From an uncultured Lachnospiraceae bacterium (GTDB lineage: Bacteria > Bacillota > Clostridia > Lachnospirales > Lachnospiraceae): DNA of 64,000 nt. This document shows positions 18,750 through 27,625 of this stretch, piece by piece (position 1 is the stretch's first letter; the number at the start of each line of letters is the position of its first letter). The notes beneath the pieces are model-generated. The model did no database searches. It was given only the letters and a program-made list of their open reading frames with translations, and was not told the DNA's origin. The stretch spans positions 1,265 to 65,264 of the forward strand of contig CAZNCH010000001.1 of NCBI GenBank assembly GCA_964571555.1, in the 5' to 3' direction. The translations under genes were made by a program, and so were the position numbers.

Positions 18750-19766
18750 ATGAAGAAAATTATTTGTCTGTTACTTACCATGGCGCTTACGCTTTCCATG
18801 ATGGTCGGTGTCGGCGCAACCGAAGTCATCACCTTTGATGACGACACGAAAAAGGAAGAAGCGGCACCGACCCCGACGTCCGAAGTTGCTGCGCCGGCTC
18901 TGTCAAATGCCTACATCGCCCTTGGCTCCGATCTGACGCAGAATCAACTTGGCACAGTGCTTTCTCTGATGGGAGTATCCGCTGCGGATCTTCCGAATTA
19001 CAATGTGGTCTACGTGACTAACGCGGAAGAACATCAGAGACTGGACAAATATATCGATCCCAAGGTAATCGGAACGAAGTCCCTGTCTTCGGTTCTGGTC
19101 AAGCCTGCGACGGCGGGACATGGCGTTGTGGTAACCACCAAGAACATCAATTTCTGTACGACCAATATGTACCGGAACGCGCTGATTACAGCAGGCGTCC
19201 AGGATGCAGACATCATCGTTGCCGCGCCGTCCCAGATTTCCGGTACGGCAGGACTCATCGGCGCGCTGAAAGCGTATGAGCAGATGTCCGGCAAAGCGGT
19301 CGGCGAGAATGCGCTGGACACCGCGCTGAACGAACTGGTCACCACGGGTGAATTGTCCAATTCCGTGGGAGGAACCACGGAAGCGGAGGAACTGATTTCC
19401 TACATCAAGGCACAGGTGGCCGCCAACGATCTGGAAACAGAGGAAGAGATCGAGGCTGCGGTACGAAAGGGCATGAAGGATCTGAACGTTTCTCTTTCCG
19501 AAGAGGAAGTAAAGCGAATCGTGAATCTGATGATGAAAATCAAATCTATGGGGATTGATTTTAATGTGCTTGCGGAGCAGGCGGATGATATCTATGCAAA
19601 ATATAAGACGCAGATCGACAACGGCACCTTCAATATCAACGATGTAAAGTTGGAAGATCTCGGTCTTGGCAAGCTCATTACCAAGTCTGTCGGAAATTTC
19701 TTCAAAGAGGTCGGCAGTTCCATCAAAGACTTCTTCGGCGGTCTGTTTACAAAGAGGAAGAAATAA
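18750..19766 (+). CDS. secreted DUF1002-like protein
   Basis: ATG at 18750 follows AGGGAGA. It has a signal peptide (MKKIICLLLTMALTLSMMVGVGA). The family assignment is from memory of the conserved NALITAG...SGTAGLIGALKAYE region. Confidence 0.55.
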   Translation: MKKIICLLLTMALTLSMMVGVGATEVITFDDDTKKEEAAPTPTSEVAAPALSNAYIALGSDLTQNQLGTVLSLMGVSAADLPNYNVVYVTNAEEHQRLDKYIDPKVIGTKSLSSVLVKPATAGHGVVVTTKNINFCTTNMYRNALITAGVQDADIIVAAPSQISGTAGLIGALKAYEQMSGKAVGENALDTALNELVTTGELSNSVGGTTEAEELISYIKAQVAANDLETEEEIEAAVRKGMKDLNVSLSEEEVKRIVNLMMKIKSMGIDFNVLAEQADDIYAKYKTQIDNGTFNINDVKLEDLGLGKLITKSVGNFFKEVGSSIKDFFGGLFTKRKK

Positions 19767-20243
19767 TTGGAAATCAGATCGATTCGACAGAGAGAGTGGG
19801 AAGACGCCATGCAGCTTGCATGGAATACCTTTCTGATTTACGAGGCGCCGGACTATTCGGAAGAAGGGGTAAAGCACTTCAAGGAGTTTGTGAAGGGAAA
19901 GGATTTGAAGAAAATGTTCCTGGAAGGGCAGTACCGGGCGTTCGGCGCCTTCGAGAACTCTCTTTTGGTAGGGATCCTGACGGTTCGGAACCGAAGTCAT
20001 ATTTCCCTGCTCTTTGTCGATGCCGAGTGGCACCGTAAAGGCGTCGGAACGGCGCTGATACAACGCCTGTTCCAATTTGAACGGGACGAGATGGGCGTCT
20101 GTGAGGTCACTGTGAATGCCGCGCCCTATGCAATCGAATTCTACCGGAAAATGGGGTTTTCGGAACTGGAAGAGGAGAAATTGACGGACGGTATCCGCTA
20201 TACCCCCATGATTGCGAGACTGCGTCATGGTCTTTGCCCCTGA
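19767..20243 (+). CDS. GNAT family N-acetyltransferase
   Basis: TTG start with a GAGGAAG RBS. Carries the motif LFVDAEWHRKGVGTALIQRL (R/Q-x-x-G-x-G/A). Confidence 0.75.
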   Translation: MEIRSIRQREWEDAMQLAWNTFLIYEAPDYSEEGVKHFKEFVKGKDLKKMFLEGQYRAFGAFENSLLVGILTVRNRSHISLLFVDAEWHRKGVGTALIQRLFQFERDEMGVCEVTVNAAPYAIEFYRKMGFSELEEEKLTDGIRYTPMIARLRHGLCP

Positions 20244-20297
20244 TCGGGCATTGCTGTATGTCTTTGCACCAAAGTAAATTTATTTATCGGAGTAGTT

Positions 20298-20984
20298 ATG
20301 AACAAGATTTTTGATTCCGAAGGCCCACTGTTTTCCACGCTTGGGAAAATGGCTGACCTCATGCTGTTGAATGTGCTGTATCTCCTTTGCAGTCTGCCGG
20401 TGATTACCATCGGCGCATCCACCACAGCATTGTACTATGTCACACTGAAAATGGTAAAGGATGAAGAAGGCTATATTTTCAAGAGTTTCTTCAAGGCGTT
20501 TCTGCAGAATTTCCGACAGGCAACGCTGATATGGCTGATCTTTCTGCCGGTCGGCGCAATCCTTCTGCTGGATTACCTGATCATTAACGGAACGCTGCTG
20601 GATGTATCCGCTATGCCCGACTCGTTCCGCAAGGTGTTGTTGATCCTGCTGCTGGTGGTCGGTTTCCTGTATTTTTTTACGCTGCGCTATGTCTTTCCGA
20701 TACTGGCACGGTTTGAAAACACCATCGGAAACACGATCAAAAACGCGCTCTTAATCAGTATCCGCCATCTTCCGCAGACGGTGCTGCTGCTTGCGATGCC
20801 GGTTCTGGCAGGCGTTGTTCTCTACTTTTTTCCGGCGGCGCTGATTCTGATCCTGCTGATTCTCTGCGGGTGGATTGCCTATTTGTCTTCCAAGATCTTT
20901 GTAAAAATATTTGTGAACTATATGCCCGGACAGGATGTCAGTGAAATGCCGGCGCACTCCGACGATACGGACGGGGGAAGTTGA
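20298..20984 (+). CDS. YesL/DUF624 family membrane protein
   Basis: The N-terminal pattern GKMADLMLLNVLYLLCSLPVITIGASTTALYYV is characteristic of DUF624. Multiple TM helices. Confidence 0.7.
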   Translation: MNKIFDSEGPLFSTLGKMADLMLLNVLYLLCSLPVITIGASTTALYYVTLKMVKDEEGYIFKSFFKAFLQNFRQATLIWLIFLPVGAILLLDYLIINGTLLDVSAMPDSFRKVLLILLLVVGFLYFFTLRYVFPILARFENTIGNTIKNALLISIRHLPQTVLLLAMPVLAGVVLYFFPAALILILLILCGWIAYLSSKIFVKIFVNYMPGQDVSEMPAHSDDTDGGS

Positions 20985-21007
20985 TTTCCGATAAACGGGG
21001 GTTGCAG

Positions 21008-22513
21008 ATGTCTGAATCTTCCAAAAAAGCAAAAAATAATGCATGCTGGTTGCAGTGGACGCTTCCGACAGTTACCTTTGCTGTTGTGATTGCGCTGCTG
21101 CTTACCAACTATAGCCTGAAAACGACGACTGCAATCACCTCGGATGAAACCGAGGCTCTTTTTGACCAGGTCTACAGTTACGGGGAGCGCTACGAGGAGC
21201 TGTATGCGGAATTGTTGAGGACGGCGGTACTGACGGCGGAGTTCAGTGCAGAGACCGCCGATCCGTTCGCAATACCGAATTATCGGCTGCTTCGCGGCGT
21301 TCTGGCACATTATCCGGTGACGGGAGCCTATCTGGTCAAGACGGACGGAACGGCAAGAAATGCTTCGGGAAACAGTTGTAATGATTTGGGAAAACGCTAT
21401 CTCAACAAATTGCCGCTGGACGGACCGTCAATTTCGGATTATTTCAAAACGCCGGTGGGAAGACAGATCGCGCTGATCAGCGCGCCGATCCGTACAGAGA
21501 TGGGAACCAGAGGTTTCGTCGTGTTTGAATTTGCGCCAAAGAGCCTGAAAGAGGTCGTAGATACGCCGGAGTATGTTTCTTCCAGCGTTTATGCGCTGGT
21601 GTCAAAGCGCGGGGTGATTGTAGATCAGGCGGGACTTCAAAGTTCCTTCATGGCGCTGAACAACAACTTTTTCGAAGATGCGGCGAAATATGAATTCGTG
21701 CGGGGTTCCGTTTCCGAAATGAAGCAAACGCTTGCGGCGGGACGTTCCGGATACGCGCAGGCGAAGATTAACGCAATGAACGAAAGGATCTTCCTCTATA
21801 AGCCGGTGGGAGAAAACGGCGACTTCCTGCTCGTCTCCGTCAACATGGGAACCCTACAGAAGAAAATTGCAGACCGCACCAAGACAACGGATCGGTTTGC
21901 GACGCTGATATATATTCTGCTCGGGGTCTTTGTCGTAATTCTGTTCTCGAACGGTATCGTCAACGTTACGACGAACACCAAAAAGAGCAAGGAACTTCAA
22001 GACAAGGCGGAGACAGATCTGCTGACCGGATTGTTGAATAAGATCGCAACGGAAGAGCGGATCAAAAATTATCTGCAGGATGTCGGCAGGGATAAAATAT
22101 CGATGATGTTCATTTTGGATATCGACAATTTCAAGAACATCAACGATACGATGGGACACGCTTTTGGGGATGAAGTAATTTCCGCACTCGGCAGACAGTT
22201 GAGCGCGGAGTTCAGGGTGACGGATATTGTCGGACGAACCGGCGGGGACGAATTTACGATCTTCTTAAAGGATCTGAAGGACAGGGCGGTGCTTCGTACG
22301 GAAGCCGAAAGAGTCCTGAATATCTTTAAGAATTTCAAGGTGGGCGAATATACGAAGTATTTCGCAACGGCGAGTATCGGCGTGGCAATATACCCGCAGG
22401 ATGCCAACAGTTTCGAAGCCCTGTATAAGGCGGCGGATCAGGCGCTATACAAAGCGAAGAATCAAGGCAAGAACCAAATGGCGTTTTACCGCGATCTCAC
22501 AGAACAGAAATAG
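21008..22513 (+). CDS. membrane-anchored sensor diguanylate cyclase (extracytoplasmic sensor domain + GGDEF)
   Basis: Two TM segments flank a ~270-aa extracytoplasmic region. The C-terminal GGDEF domain has an intact active site (RTGGDEFTIFL). The ATG at 21008 is preferred to the TTG at 20981. Confidence 0.85.
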   Translation: MSESSKKAKNNACWLQWTLPTVTFAVVIALLLTNYSLKTTTAITSDETEALFDQVYSYGERYEELYAELLRTAVLTAEFSAETADPFAIPNYRLLRGVLAHYPVTGAYLVKTDGTARNASGNSCNDLGKRYLNKLPLDGPSISDYFKTPVGRQIALISAPIRTEMGTRGFVVFEFAPKSLKEVVDTPEYVSSSVYALVSKRGVIVDQAGLQSSFMALNNNFFEDAAKYEFVRGSVSEMKQTLAAGRSGYAQAKINAMNERIFLYKPVGENGDFLLVSVNMGTLQKKIADRTKTTDRFATLIYILLGVFVVILFSNGIVNVTTNTKKSKELQDKAETDLLTGLLNKIATEERIKNYLQDVGRDKISMMFILDIDNFKNINDTMGHAFGDEVISALGRQLSAEFRVTDIVGRTGGDEFTIFLKDLKDRAVLRTEAERVLNIFKNFKVGEYTKYFATASIGVAIYPQDANSFEALYKAADQALYKAKNQGKNQMAFYRDLTEQK

Positions 22514-22548
22514 ACAAAATGTACAGCAAGAGAAATATTTTTTGTATA

Positions 22549-22585
22549 AAACGGTCATGTTCAGAAGGCATGACCGTTTGTTATA
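22549..22585 (+). terminator. rho-independent terminator after the diguanylate cyclase gene
   Basis: 11-bp perfect stem AAACGGTCATG / CATGACCGTTT with a 9-nt loop, followed by TTTGTT. Confidence 0.6.
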
Positions 22586-22628
22586 CTGTTACAGTAAGTA
22601 AAAACCCAGTATGTATTGGAGGAAGAAA

Positions 22629-23741
22629 ATGGCAAGTTTAACACTCACAAACATTTGTAAGGTTTATCCGAACGGCTTTCAGGCGGTAAAAGATTTCAAT
22701 CTTGAGATCGAAGACAAAGAGTTCATCATCTTTGTAGGCCCTTCAGGATGCGGCAAGTCCACAACGCTTCGTATGGTGGCAGGTCTGGAAGAGATCACCT
22801 CCGGCGAACTGAAGATCGGCGACAGAGTCGTGAACGATGTAGAGCCCAAGGACAGAGATATCGCGATGGTGTTCCAGAACTATGCGCTCTACCCGCACAT
22901 GTCCGTATATGACAATATGGCATTCGGTCTGAAACTTCGTAAGGTTCCGAAGGATGAGATCGACAAGCAGGTGAAGGAAGCGGCGAAGATCCTGGATCTG
23001 GAATCTCTGCTTGATCGTAAGCCGAAGGCTCTTTCCGGCGGTCAGAGACAGCGTGTGGCAATGGGACGTGCAATCGTTCGTCATCCGCAGGTGTTCTTAA
23101 TGGACGAACCGCTTTCCAATCTGGATGCGAAACTCCGTGTGCAGATGCGTATTGAGATCGCGAAGCTGCATCAGAGACTGGGCACGACCATTATCTATGT
23201 AACGCATGACCAGACAGAAGCAATGACGCTCGGAACCAGAATCGTTGTAATGAAGGACGGCGTTGTTCAGCAGGTGGATACGCCGCAGAACCTCTACGAT
23301 AAGCCCTGCAACCTCTTTGTTGCCGGCTTCATGGGCTCTCCGCAGATGAACTTCCTGGATGCGGTTGTTGAAGCAAACGGCGAGACTGTAATCCTCAAGG
23401 TTGTCGGCAAGTCCATTCCGCTTCCTCCGGCGAAGTCCAAGAAACTGATCGAGGGCGGCTATGTTGGGAAGACCGTTACTTTCGGTATTCGTCCTGAGGA
23501 CGTTTATGATTCCGAAATGTTCATCGATGCTTCCCCGCAGAGCGTGTTCGAATCTCAGATCAAGGTTTACGAGTTGCTCGGTGCCGAAGTTTACTTATAC
23601 TTCGACCTGGAAGAGTTCCCGATCACCGCGAGAGTGGATCCCAGAACAACGGCAAGACCCGGGGATACCTGCAAGTTTGCACTCGACGTTGAGAAGATTC
23701 ACGTATTCGATAAAGAGACGGAGTTGGCAATTACCAACTAG
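22629..23741 (+). CDS. stand-alone sugar ABC transporter ATP-binding protein (MsmK/MsmX/UgpC/MalK family)
   Basis: Walker A GPSGCGKST, signature LSGGQRQRVA, Walker B FLMDEP, and a C-terminal MalK-type regulatory (TOBE) domain. No permease gene is adjacent. Confidence 0.9.
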   Translation: MASLTLTNICKVYPNGFQAVKDFNLEIEDKEFIIFVGPSGCGKSTTLRMVAGLEEITSGELKIGDRVVNDVEPKDRDIAMVFQNYALYPHMSVYDNMAFGLKLRKVPKDEIDKQVKEAAKILDLESLLDRKPKALSGGQRQRVAMGRAIVRHPQVFLMDEPLSNLDAKLRVQMRIEIAKLHQRLGTTIIYVTHDQTEAMTLGTRIVVMKDGVVQQVDTPQNLYDKPCNLFVAGFMGSPQMNFLDAVVEANGETVILKVVGKSIPLPPAKSKKLIEGGYVGKTVTFGIRPEDVYDSEMFIDASPQSVFESQIKVYELLGAEVYLYFDLEEFPITARVDPRTTARPGDTCKFALDVEKIHVFDKETELAITN

Positions 23742-23757
23742 TCCGCAGCCATGCATC

Positions 23758-23785
23758 AGAGCCCTTCTTCGGAGGGGCTCTTTTC
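23758..23785 (+). terminator. rho-independent terminator after the ABC ATPase gene
   Basis: The stem AGAGCCCTTC / GAGGGGCTCT closes a TTCG tetraloop and is followed by a T-run. Confidence 0.7.
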
Positions 23786-23853
23786 TATGGAAAGCAAGAT
23801 AAGACTCTGTTATAATCATGTCAGGAAGAACGGACGAAACGGAGAGACGTTTT

Positions 23854-24936
23854 ATGATTACCAATCAAACGATTCAAAATACAATCGAAGAAGCAGGCAG
23901 GATTTCGGGAATGAAGTTCTTTGTTGCGGACGATTTCGGAACCGTGATTGCGGAGAGCGGGACGATCCGCGCTCCCCAATCGGCGATGCTGCTTGATTTC
24001 GCAAGATCCGAAGCCGATACGCAGGCAATCGGCGACATTATGCTGTTTCGCGTGGAGGAAGACGGAACGACGGCTTATGTTCTCGGCGTTCTGGGAGACG
24101 AGAATCCGCATTTGGTCGGCAGACTGGTTGCGGGACAGCTCCGAAGCCTGATCATTGCCTATAAGGATAAAGTGGATCGAAACAGTTTCTACCAGAATCT
24201 TCTCCTGGATAACCTGCTCCTCGTTGACATCTATAACCGCGCGCAGAAACTGCATATCGACGTCGTTAAGCCGCGGGCGGTTTTTGTAATCGAAATAAAG
24301 GCAAAGCGGGACGCCGGCGTGCTTGAAATGGTGCGGGAATTGTTTTATTCGACCGCAGGAGATTTCGTGACCTCAGTGGACGAGAATCATATCATTGTGA
24401 TCAGGACGCTTTCCGAGAACGAGTCTTATGAGGCGCTTCAAGAGACGGCGGAAATGCTGCGGGACATGTTGAATTCGGAAGCCATGACGGACGTCAGAAT
24501 TGCTTACGGAACGATTGCAAATGAAATCAAGGGAATCTCGAAGTCCTACAAAGAAGCGAAAATGGCACTGGATGTGGCGGGGATTTTCTACGCGGAGAAA
24601 GCCATTGCCGCGTATAATACCCTGGGGATCGGCCGGCTGATCTACCAGCTGCCCGTCAATCTCTGTAAGATTTTCATTCAGGAAATCTTCGGAGATGATT
24701 TTCCGGATGCGATTGACGACGAGATGCTCACAACGGTAAACAAGTTCTTCGAGAACAGCCTGAATGTCTCGGAAACATCGAGACAGTTGTTCGTGCATCG
24801 CAATACGCTGATTTATCGTCTCGAGAAACTGCTGAAAGCGACCGGTCTGGATGTGCGCGTATTCGATGATGCGCTGACCTTTAAGATCGCGCTGATGGTA
24901 GTCAACTATATGAAATATATCGAATCGATGGAATAG
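23854..24936 (+). CDS. CdaR/PucR family transcriptional regulator
   Basis: C-terminal PucR-type HTH (VSETSRQLFVHRNTLIYRLEKLLKATGLD). The N-terminus resembles the sugar-diacid recognition domain. Confidence 0.75.
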   Translation: MITNQTIQNTIEEAGRISGMKFFVADDFGTVIAESGTIRAPQSAMLLDFARSEADTQAIGDIMLFRVEEDGTTAYVLGVLGDENPHLVGRLVAGQLRSLIIAYKDKVDRNSFYQNLLLDNLLLVDIYNRAQKLHIDVVKPRAVFVIEIKAKRDAGVLEMVRELFYSTAGDFVTSVDENHIIVIRTLSENESYEALQETAEMLRDMLNSEAMTDVRIAYGTIANEIKGISKSYKEAKMALDVAGIFYAEKAIAAYNTLGIGRLIYQLPVNLCKIFIQEIFGDDFPDAIDDEMLTTVNKFFENSLNVSETSRQLFVHRNTLIYRLEKLLKATGLDVRVFDDALTFKIALMVVNYMKYIESME

Positions 24937-24938
24937 GA

Positions 24939-25634
24939 TCAGTCCACTCCGCGGATTGCGACGTGATCGACATAGGGCGCAACCGCTGCGGATAATTTCT
25001 CAAGATCTTCTCTTTCGTAAGCGGTAAGGCTGCAATCGGCAACGGCGTCAGAAGGAACATAGGACTGCAGGAAGTATCGTTTTGCGCCCTGTATCAGTTC
25101 GCCGATGCCCCGCATGGTTTCTTCGTTATGGAACTGCGCAATCACAGTGGTTCGGAACTCATAATCCACATGTCCTTCCAGTAGCAGACGGATGCTGTCC
25201 GTGATCGGCGCCAGATCCAGAGAAGAGAGCCCGCAGATCCGCGCGTAACCGTTCCGATCGGACTTGACATCCATCGCAACATAATCCGGAAGCCCTGCTT
25301 CCAGGAGCTGTTTCAGCATGGTCGGATTGGTGCCGTTGGTGTCCAGTTTCACCAGAAGCCCAAGGTCTTTGATCTTTCGAATGAGTACGGGAAGATCTTT
25401 CTGTAAGGTGGGTTCCCCGCCGGTAATGCAGACGCCATCCAGAAGCCCCTTGCGGGAAGCCAAAAAGGAAAAGAGTTCGCTTTCCGGAATCGGTGTTTCC
25501 TCGTCCGCATGCAGCACCAGATTCATATTATGGCAGAAAGGGCAGCGGAAATTGCAGCCGCCGAAGAAAATCGTCGCCGCAACGCGCCCCGGGAAATCAA
25601 GCAGAGTGGTTTTCTGTAATCCGTGAATGACCAT
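24939..25634 (-). CDS. nrdG: anaerobic ribonucleoside-triphosphate reductase activating protein (radical SAM)
   Basis: N-terminal TLLDFPGRVAATIFFGGCNFRCPFCHN (CxxxCxxC radical SAM cluster) and ITGGEPTL. Confidence 0.85.
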   Translation of the reverse strand: MVIHGLQKTTLLDFPGRVAATIFFGGCNFRCPFCHNMNLVLHADEETPIPESELFSFLASRKGLLDGVCITGGEPTLQKDLPVLIRKIKDLGLLVKLDTNGTNPTMLKQLLEAGLPDYVAMDVKSDRNGYARICGLSSLDLAPITDSIRLLLEGHVDYEFRTTVIAQFHNEETMRGIGELIQGAKRYFLQSYVPSDAVADCSLTAYEREDLEKLSAAVAPYVDHVAIRGVD

Positions 25635-25715
25635 GAAGATACCTCGTTGTTTGCTATATGTTGTATCGTAAGTATAACACAGATACCAAATAAAGGAAGT
25701 ATGGATTGAAATAGG

Positions 25716-26231
25716 ATGCGTAAATACACAACAGATGAGAAATATATGGCAGAAGCGCTGAAACAGGCGAAAAAAGCCTACGATCTCGGTGAGGTGCCGA
25801 TCGGCTGTGTGATTGTACGGAACGGCAAAATCATTGCACGCGGATACAATCGAAGAAACACGGACAAAAACACCTTAAGCCATGCAGAGATCAGCGCGAT
25901 CCGAAAGGCGAGCAGAGTCGTAGGCGACTGGAGACTGGAAGGCTGCCAGCTCTATGTGACGCTGGAACCCTGTCAAATGTGCGCGGGTGCGTTGGTTCAG
26001 TCAAGGATCGATCGGGTCGTGATCGGCTGCATGAGTCCGAAGTCGGGCTGTGCGGGGTCCGTGCTGAATCTGTTGCAGATGGATGCGTTCAATCATCAGG
26101 TGGAGATCGAGAAGGGCGTGTTGGAAGAGCCGTGTTCGAAGCTGCTTTCGGAATTCTTTGTCCGCCTGCGGGAACGTAACGCGCTGGAAGCGGAAGTAAA
26201 ACGGGAAGCCGATATGGCGGACGGGAATTGA
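25716..26231 (+). CDS. tadA: tRNA adenosine(34) deaminase
   Basis: CDA-fold zinc motifs HAEISAI and PCQMCAGAL. Its position directly upstream of the SRP RNA matches Bacillus. Confidence 0.9.
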   Translation: MRKYTTDEKYMAEALKQAKKAYDLGEVPIGCVIVRNGKIIARGYNRRNTDKNTLSHAEISAIRKASRVVGDWRLEGCQLYVTLEPCQMCAGALVQSRIDRVVIGCMSPKSGCAGSVLNLLQMDAFNHQVEIEKGVLEEPCSKLLSEFFVRLRERNALEAEVKREADMADGN

Positions 26232-26256
26232 CAAAAGAAGTTTTGCCACATATAAT
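26228..26256 (+). promoter_or_regulatory. consensus sigma-70 promoter of the SRP RNA gene (-35 TTGACA 26228-26233, 17 nt, -10 TATAAT 26251-26256)
   Basis: Both hexamers match consensus exactly with optimal spacing. It overlaps the last codons of tadA. Confidence 0.7.
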
Positions 26257-26263
26257 GTGTAAC

Positions 26264-26403
26264 TATGCAGCCCCGGTGTGCGCCGTTCGGGTCTTGCGCA
26301 ACGGAAATCTGTGAATCGTGTCAGGTCGGGAACGAAGCAGCACTAAGCAGAACTTTCCGTGTGCCGCAAGGTTGCCTGAGCGGAACGCAGCCGGGGCTGT
26401 TTA
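26264..26403 (+). ncRNA. ffs: signal recognition particle RNA (small 4.5S-like form)
   Basis: Conserved domain IV sequence GUCAGGUCGGGAACGAAGCAGC at 26320-26341 with the opposing strand ...GUGUGCCG. The closing helix pairs CAGCCCCGG (26268-26276) with CCGGGGCUG (26391-26399) and is followed by UUUAU. The ends are approximate. Confidence 0.8.
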
Positions 26404-27399
26404 TGCCAGGCTGTCTCTCCGGACGAGATAACAGGGTAGCGTGATATGCAGCGGTGTTTTCAACTTCTCGTAAAGCGGGAAACCGAAATGCAGGAACTGC
26501 ACCGCATAACTGCCCATTTCAAAGGCGGGTGCATGGATGGTCGTAAGCGGCGGCGCGGTATAGGCGGCGGCGCTGATATCGTCGAAGCCGACGACGGAAA
26601 TGTCCCCCGGTATGCAAAAGCCCGCTTCTGTCAGCGCACGCATGGCGCCCATGGCGATCGTATCACTCGCAGCAAAAATTGCCTGCGGAACCCTTCCCTC
26701 CCCGATCAACGTATGCATCAAATGGTAACCGGACTCCGAAGAGAAGGCGTCCTCTTTCAGATAAGGCTCCACCACCATTTCCATCTGCGCGGCATATTGC
26801 AGAAACAGTTCCCGACGCTTGTCCGGATAGACGGAAGAAGCGTTCAAATATTCCAGTCCGCCCAGATAACCCACATGGCGGAAGCCCTTCCTGTGAAAAT
26901 CGTTCATGACCTCGTAAAGCGCGGTTTCGAAATCAAGAGAGATCGAATTGTAAGAAGCGCGGTTGGTATGCATATCAACCAGAATCAGACGGTTCGTGAT
27001 CTCGCTGAAAGCGCGGATCTCCGTTTCGTGAAATTTTCCGATGCAGACAAGCGCGTTCACGCCGGAGAGGTCGTTTCGATAATCGGCATCCGACCGAAAG
27101 GAACGGACAACATTCAAGTGATGTTCAATGCAGTAGTTTTCCACTCCGAGACGAACAGACAGATAATAAGGGTCTTCCAGTTCCTGTGCGGGCGAGAACC
27201 ATTGCAGGATGCCGACGGTCAGTTCGCTTTGCGCTTTTTCTTTTCGGGGTTTTTTCGTATAGCCAAGGCCGGCTGCGACCGCAAGGACATGCTGCCTTGT
27301 GGCGGCAGTAACGCTCAAGGTTGTATCGTTGTTCAGAATTCTTGAAACGGCGCCGATGGAGACGCCGGCTGCGGCTGCGATATCGCGGATGGTTGCCAT
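26401..27399 (-). CDS. LacI family transcriptional regulator (probable galactose operon repressor)
   Basis: N-terminal HTH MATIRDIAAAAGVSIGAVSRILNND plus a periplasmic-binding-protein-like effector domain. It is divergent from galK. Confidence 0.9.
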   Translation of the reverse strand: MATIRDIAAAAGVSIGAVSRILNNDTTLSVTAATRQHVLAVAAGLGYTKKPRKEKAQSELTVGILQWFSPAQELEDPYYLSVRLGVENYCIEHHLNVVRSFRSDADYRNDLSGVNALVCIGKFHETEIRAFSEITNRLILVDMHTNRASYNSISLDFETALYEVMNDFHRKGFRHVGYLGGLEYLNASSVYPDKRRELFLQYAAQMEMVVEPYLKEDAFSSESGYHLMHTLIGEGRVPQAIFAASDTIAMGAMRALTEAGFCIPGDISVVGFDDISAAAYTAPPLTTIHAPAFEMGSYAVQFLHFGFPLYEKLKTPLHITLPCYLVRRDSLA

Positions 27400-27466
27400 G
27401 GGGATCCTCTCTTTGCGATTTTCAATTTTTTACTAAAGTTTACTTTCTTTTAAATTACAAAAGGTA

Positions 27467-27495
27467 TTGACAAAGCGGGAAAAGAAACGTATATA
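27467..27495 (+). promoter_or_regulatory. candidate gal operon promoter (-35 TTGACA 27467-27472, 17 nt, -10 TATATA 27490-27495)
   Basis: Hexamers read directly from the divergent intergenic region. Confidence 0.45.
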
Positions 27496-27543
27496 GTAAT
27501 TATAACTGCTGCAAGGAAAAAGGCAAGTAAAACATATAATTTT

Positions 27544-27565
27544 AGTAAACAAAATTGAGTTTACT
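27544..27565. promoter_or_regulatory. inverted repeat AGTAAAC-N8-GTTTACT, candidate LacI-family operator
   Basis: 7-bp perfect arms downstream of the candidate promoter. A further GTTTACT copy lies at 27438-27444 nearer the regulator gene. Confidence 0.3.
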
Positions 27566-27625
27566 TAATCAGGAGAAACCGAGAAAAGAACGGAAAGACA
27601 AGAGGAAGGAAAGCGGAGGGAAGAA

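Noticed and set aside
18903-20228. 441-aa ORF on the - strand across the DUF1002 and GNAT genes
   Set aside because: It is an antisense shadow ORF with Arg/Leu/His-rich composition and no motifs. The + strand genes have RBSs, a signal peptide and GNAT motifs.
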